A stretch of 11,538 nucleotides of DNA, taken from the NCBI GenBank assembly GCA_964510585.1, contig CAZECW010000100.1, forward strand, positions 1 to 11,538, written 5' to 3'. Positions 7,491 through 11,538 of this stretch are shown piece by piece. A program made the position numbers and the translations under genes. The DNA comes from an uncultured archaeon. Its GTDB lineage: Archaea > Asgardarchaeota > Jordiarchaeia > Jordiarchaeales > Jordiarchaeaceae. The notes below the pieces were generated by a model. It ran no database searches. It saw nothing but the letters and a program-made list of their open reading frames with translations, and was not told where the DNA came from. Position 1 is the stretch's first letter; each line of letters starts with the position of its first letter.

Positions 7491-8210
7491 TCAACTTATG
7501 GCTTTCCAAACTATTTCTGGCAGATCCAGGACCTCAACATCAACTTTCATTCGCTCCGCGGCGTTTGCCAAGGATAGGTTGCAGAATGGACAGGTGGTGA
7601 CCAGAATTTTTCCCTGTTGTCTTAATACGTCGCTTATCCTTTTTTCGCTTGAGCGTTCAGTGTTTTCGCGGTAAGCAGACATCACGCCTCCACCGGCTCC
7701 ACAGCACTTCGCATCTTCTCTTGAGCGAATTAAATCGAAGAACTCTATTCCTGGTATCGCCCTAATAACTTCCCGGGGCTCATCATACACTCCACAGTGC
7801 CTTGCTAGGTGGCATGGGTCATGATAAGTCACCTTCAGGGGAAGGGAGTTCTTGAAAACCAGCTTTCCTCCGTCCTTTAATTCTTTTAGAAATTGTGAAA
7901 TATGTTTTACTTCCAGGTTAAAGCTGGGCTCAATGTTGGGATAGTCACAGGTGAAAGCTCTGTAGCACCCCGGACAGAAGGTTAAAATTTTATCAACTCC
8001 CTTGGATTTGAAGTATTCCCAGTTTTTGTGCACTCTTTTTTTGGCGGCTTCTAATTGCCCGGTTCTAAAGAGGAAACCTCCACAGCAGGGCTCGTCATTC
8101 AAAATTTTGTATGCGACGCCACACTTGTCAAGAATATTTTTTGTGGTGGTAACTATGTTTGGCCTGCGATAAGGGGACATACAACCCATATAAAGAATAG
8201 TCTCTCCCAT
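7491..8210 (-). CDS. Two-CCG-domain Fe-S protein (LutA/GlcF/HdrD C-terminal-like)
   Basis: Two cysteine-rich CCG domains: GC..EPCCGG..CPGC and HDPCH..CCGAGGG..CPFC. Its stop codon overlaps the SD of the next gene, indicating an operon. Confidence 0.9.
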   Translation of the reverse strand: MGETILYMGCMSPYRRPNIVTTTKNILDKCGVAYKILNDEPCCGGFLFRTGQLEAAKKRVHKNWEYFKSKGVDKILTFCPGCYRAFTCDYPNIEPSFNLEVKHISQFLKELKDGGKLVFKNSLPLKVTYHDPCHLARHCGVYDEPREVIRAIPGIEFFDLIRSREDAKCCGAGGGVMSAYRENTERSSEKRISDVLRQQGKILVTTCPFCNLSLANAAERMKVDVEVLDLPEIVWKAIS

Positions 8211-8565
8211 ACTTATCCCGCATAAGGTTTATACCAAAATTATATTCAAGATAAATAATTTAGAATATATGTATTTCCACCAAAAAAGGGAGGATTCTGG
8301 TGGAGGTTAAATAGTCTAATATGGTATGGAGGGAGGAAATGAACGCTCTCTAAATAAATTTCATCTTGGCTGTTTTGATATTACTCCGCTGTTACGAGGA
8401 TAGCATATAAACTTAAGAAGAAAGTAAACATTAAAATGTTGGGCTTGAACTACTATAAAAATCCTTTAAAAATATTTGTTCACAGAAGTGTAAGGGTGCA
8501 TAAAGATTATAAGGGCGCGAATCAAATTTTATAGCATAAATACAAAATTATGATGAGGGCGGAAG

Positions 8566-8829
8566 ATGTTGACAAAAACCATATTTCAAAACTTAACCGA
8601 ATTGTTAAACCGCATAGACGAGGGGAAAACAGAAGACATACATAAATGTCTAGAACGTTGCTGGAAGGAATTCTACATACTGGAAAAAGATCCCGACATC
8701 CCAAGTGAAGACTTCCAAAAAATGAGAAAATTATTAGAGGAAATAACAGTAGCCATAGAAGCCTACGAGGCTGGAGCAATCACCGTAAAAGAATTCAACA
8801 GAATAAAAATCAAAGTCTTTGAAGAATAA
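8566..8829 (+). CDS. Small helical hypothetical protein with SHOCT-like C-terminus
   Basis: 87-codon ATG ORF preceded by GAGGGCGG. Amphipathic helices, ending in AYEAGAITVKEFNRIKIKVF. Confidence 0.7.
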   Translation: MLTKTIFQNLTELLNRIDEGKTEDIHKCLERCWKEFYILEKDPDIPSEDFQKMRKLLEEITVAIEAYEAGAITVKEFNRIKIKVFEE

Positions 8830-8893
8830 AAGACAGCATCCACCATACAAATCCATAAACATAAATAGCTAGTTAAAATAAAAAATAGGTGGT

Positions 8894-9976
8894 TCATTTA
8901 GTCTTGTATTTTTGTATGGCTTCCCAGTCCAATTCCACACCCAAACCCGGCTCTTGGGGTACAACAGCGTATCCGTCCTCAAGCTTTATCGGTGTTTTAA
9001 GAAGGTAGAATTCGTCGGGGTAAAAGGGAAACTCCATCCAATCTGAATTGTAACTTGAGGCAATCACGTGGATATTTGCCGCCATTATAAGTCCGAAGCC
9101 GAAAATGTGGGGGATTGCACGCACACCGAAAGCCTCGGCTAAAGCGCAGATTTTTTTCACTTGCAGTATCCCCCCGCTTCTGGTGGCGTCTGGCTGAATT
9201 ATGTCATACGCCTCAGCCTCCAGAATCTCTCTGAATCGACGTAACCCGAAATCGTTTTCTCCGCCAGCTATTTCCACATTGGATCTGGCGCGGAGTTCTG
9301 ATAGTCCTCTCAGATTATCAGAGGGTAGGGGTTCCTCCAGCCAAATAACGTCGTAGGTTTCGCAAATGTTTGCCAGCTCAGCCGCTTCTTTAACTGATTC
9401 GTAGGCAGAGTTAGCGTCGACCATGATTCCCAGGTCCGGGTATTCTTCCCTAACTGCCTTAATTATTTCTTCGTCCTTGGCGAGGCCTTCCCCGATTCTG
9501 AGTTTTACTGCTTTAAACCCCTTTTGAACCGCTGCTTTAGCCATACCCACGGCCGCTTTTGGGGCCAGGGCGAAGGCGAAACTGGCATAGGCTTTAATCT
9601 TGTCCCGGTAGCCTCCCAGCAGTTTGTAAACTGGTTTTTTTAGGCTTTTGCCAATGATGTCCCATAATGCTACCTCAACTGCACTTATGGATTGCCCCAC
9701 CCCGAACAGAATTCTCCAGCTGTTGTTGTACATTTCCCTCCAAATGTCTTCAATCATGAAGGGATCCTTACCCACAACCATTTTTGATAGTGCGCCCTCG
9801 ATGAATTTTACCTGGACCTCATCACTGAGTGAAAAGTGGCTCAAACCGTAGCCCTCAATTCCCTCATCCGTTTTAACCGTCACCAGAGTTCCCGAAGCAT
9901 TGATGCGGGGCATCGAACCGATCTTAATGCTAAAAGGAAGCTTCAACACCTCAGCTTTAACTTCTGTAACTTTCAT
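8894..9976 (-). CDS. Enolase-superfamily, mandelate racemase subgroup enzyme (probable acid-sugar dehydratase/cycloisomerase)
   Basis: N-terminal capping motif (SAVEVALWDIIGK..KPVYKLLGG), KLR at beta-2, metal ligands DAN / EEP / GGEN, Asp (QPD) / His (IPH) dyad and final Glu (MEF). SD GGAGTG upstream favours ATG 9976 over TTG 9994. Confidence 0.92.
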   Translation of the reverse strand: MKVTEVKAEVLKLPFSIKIGSMPRINASGTLVTVKTDEGIEGYGLSHFSLSDEVQVKFIEGALSKMVVGKDPFMIEDIWREMYNNSWRILFGVGQSISAVEVALWDIIGKSLKKPVYKLLGGYRDKIKAYASFAFALAPKAAVGMAKAAVQKGFKAVKLRIGEGLAKDEEIIKAVREEYPDLGIMVDANSAYESVKEAAELANICETYDVIWLEEPLPSDNLRGLSELRARSNVEIAGGENDFGLRRFREILEAEAYDIIQPDATRSGGILQVKKICALAEAFGVRAIPHIFGFGLIMAANIHVIASSYNSDWMEFPFYPDEFYLLKTPIKLEDGYAVVPQEPGLGVELDWEAIQKYKTK

Positions 9977-10022
9977 CTCAACTAACACTCCCAAGTTTTA
10001 AACATAATAAACACTCTTCCCA

Positions 10023-10030
10023 CATATAAC
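10023..10030 (-). promoter_or_regulatory. Candidate TATA box (GTTATATG) for the enolase-superfamily gene
   Basis: The minus strand reads CTAAGA-GTTATATG, a purine-rich BRE-like segment followed by a TATA-like box. It lies about 30 nt upstream of the SD, consistent with a transcript start near 10000. Confidence 0.35.
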
Positions 10031-10528
10031 TCTTAGCACACTACAACGCAACTAAATCTGCAAAAAGGTACTCAATCAACTATCAGAATTTTACTCAAAG
10101 ACAAAACACCCACGCAACATTTTAACTCAACGCTCTTTCAATAGAGTGTAAACTCATTTCGAATCATATTTCCCACGTGAAAAACGTCCAACCTAACCTA
10201 GCTTAGTATGAAGATTACACACAAAATGTATACAAAATAAGTACTAATTTCAACCAAAAATTATTTCCCCACTGATTGGGTGTTTTTAAAAATTATTTCC
10301 GTCTTTTTTGAGATTTGGGAAAAAGGCTTTTTATGACTTCTTTTCGGAAAAGAAGATTAAAAAAGGTAGATTACGCAACTACTTTTCAAACAATAATTAT
10401 TGAAAACAACAATTTTCGCCAGCAACCCTACTGAACGCGACTCTTTAATACTTTTGCATACACCAAAAAAGGTAAATGTAGTTTAACACTTCAAATGATA
10501 TTATAATAACTTCAGAAAGTGAGGAATT

Positions 10529-11287
10529 ATGAGCAACTCAATTACTGCTGGAGTTTTTGGGGCTGTAGTAGGTTTAGTGTCAACCATTGTGGGAATTTTA
10601 TGGAGCCTTCAGTACTACGCTCTCGCTTCCCTACACCAGACTGCAGTTACAATTCAGAACCTACTATACGTTTTTGGAGAATATACATTCTTTATTGGCT
10701 TTTTCCACACACTCCAACTGAACGGTGTCATAAGCGGCTTCTTGGGAGTTACGGCTGTTCTCTGTATACTATTGCTTATAACACTGATTCTGGTGGGCTT
10801 GGGACTCTATGGAATCGGCAAAATAGAAGGAAAAACCATGGGTACGGCTAGCCTGGTGATTGGAATCATTGGAGCCATCTTAACCCTACTACTATTAATT
10901 TCAGGGGTATCGGCAGGAGGCACCACACACACCCTAACCTCAATTTGGGTACTTATGAATTTAAATTGGATCATTTCTATGCCTCTTAACCCGGGAAAAA
11001 TTATGTTCCTCGTCCTTATGAGTGGCGTACCTAACGTTAGCACTTCCATCCTGTGGTTAGGTCTTCTCGTGTTGGGAATAACAATAATCATCTTTGGAGC
11101 TGCATTCATTATAATGAGGGATTCAGTGGGCAGTCCGGGACTTGCTGTGGCGGCGGGAGTACTCTACATTATCGGTGGGATATTCTTGTTCGCAGGAGTT
11201 CTAGTTCCATGGCTAGCATTCATTATCCTCTTCGTAAGCTTCATAATGTCAGCCCTAATTTTCTTCCAGTCAAGAGAACAAGCCTAA
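10529..11287 (+). CDS. Multi-pass membrane protein of unknown function (about 6-7 TM; possibly DUF973/DUF996-like)
   Basis: 252 aa, nearly all hydrophobic and Gly-rich helices. GTGAGG SD 4 nt before ATG and a downstream T-tract. The family suggestion is tentative. Confidence 0.8.
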   Translation: MSNSITAGVFGAVVGLVSTIVGILWSLQYYALASLHQTAVTIQNLLYVFGEYTFFIGFFHTLQLNGVISGFLGVTAVLCILLLITLILVGLGLYGIGKIEGKTMGTASLVIGIIGAILTLLLLISGVSAGGTTHTLTSIWVLMNLNWIISMPLNPGKIMFLVLMSGVPNVSTSILWLGLLVLGITIIIFGAAFIIMRDSVGSPGLAVAAGVLYIIGGIFLFAGVLVPWLAFIILFVSFIMSALIFFQSREQA

Positions 11288-11298
11288 AACAACTACCC

Positions 11299-11310
11299 TT
11301 TTTATTTTTT
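11299..11310 (+). terminator. Archaeal oligo-T terminator after the membrane-protein gene
   Basis: TTTTTATTTTTT begins 12 nt after the stop codon at 11287. Confidence 0.5.
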
Positions 11311-11538
11311 GACTCTTCTTTTAGTGCCCAGTTTTGTGGTTTATTTTCCTAAAAAATAGTCTATAGGATTCTGAAAAATTAAATAAGTCACCGAGATATT
11401 TGACACTTGACTATGTTTATTTTAGGGGTTTCCCATTTAGAGGATAGTGGTCGGAAAAACCCTCCGTGGGGATTTTCGGGCGCCGATTTAGGCGACCCCC
11501 ATTGACACTTCAATTTAAGGAGGGTAACCGCGCCACCC

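Noticed and set aside
1767-7674. Antisense and alternate-frame ORFs (e.g. 1767-2414, 3647-4015, 6705-7247, 6927-7142, 5521-5772)
   Set aside because: Shadows of strongly supported genes. The R/N/P-rich products reflect the A/C-rich codon patches.
8276-8304. TCCACCA-N15-TGGTGGA inverted repeat
   Set aside because: Only 7 bp with a long loop and no second copy. Too weak to call.
8321-8353. Mini-ORF MVWREEMNAL near GGAGG and GGAGGGAGG motifs
   Set aside because: SD spacing is off (14 or 2 nt) and a 10-codon ORF cannot be supported without ribosome profiling.
5889-10489. TAGTTTAACAC at 5889 and 10479
   Set aside because: Many 11-mer matches are expected by chance in 11.5 kb, the flanks differ, and one copy is coding.
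11388-11537. Minus-strand open frame from the right edge, and an apparent GFSDHYP (EEP nuclease-like) motif
   Set aside because: The SDHYP motif is in a different frame closed by an upstream TGA. The open frame has no recognisable motif.
1-11538. CRISPR arrays, tRNA/rRNA genes, transposases, integrases
   Set aside because: No regularly spaced repeats, cloverleafs, rRNA motifs or recombinase ORFs were seen.

Overview
Archaeal-type genomic window of roughly 40% GC, with GGAGG/GAGGTG Shine-Dalgarno sites, several TTG starts and T-tract terminators. An Asgard-type host is inferred only from one gene, not proven. It holds nine credible CDS. The stand-out is a 512-aa protein with the Sec23/Sec24 (COPII inner coat) domain order: C4 zinc finger, vWA trunk and beta-sandwich. 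It keeps an intact MIDAS site and lacks the gelsolin/GAP region. The metabolic genes are a gamma-carbonic-anhydrase-like protein, a PaaG-type crotonase, an atypical ThDP enzyme (GEG instead of GDG), a two-gene CCG/LUD (LutAB-like) Fe-S dehydrogenase and a mandelate-racemase-subgroup enzyme with KxR. Three orphans (coiled-coil, small helical, multi-pass membrane) complete the set. Non-coding signals include a perfect 16-bp palindrome in a divergent promoter, a repeat-rich 530-bp intergenic region and a multi-stem structure at the right edge. Synonymous A/C versus G/T bias flips in kb-scale patches inside genes. I found no tRNA, rRNA, CRISPR array or transposase.
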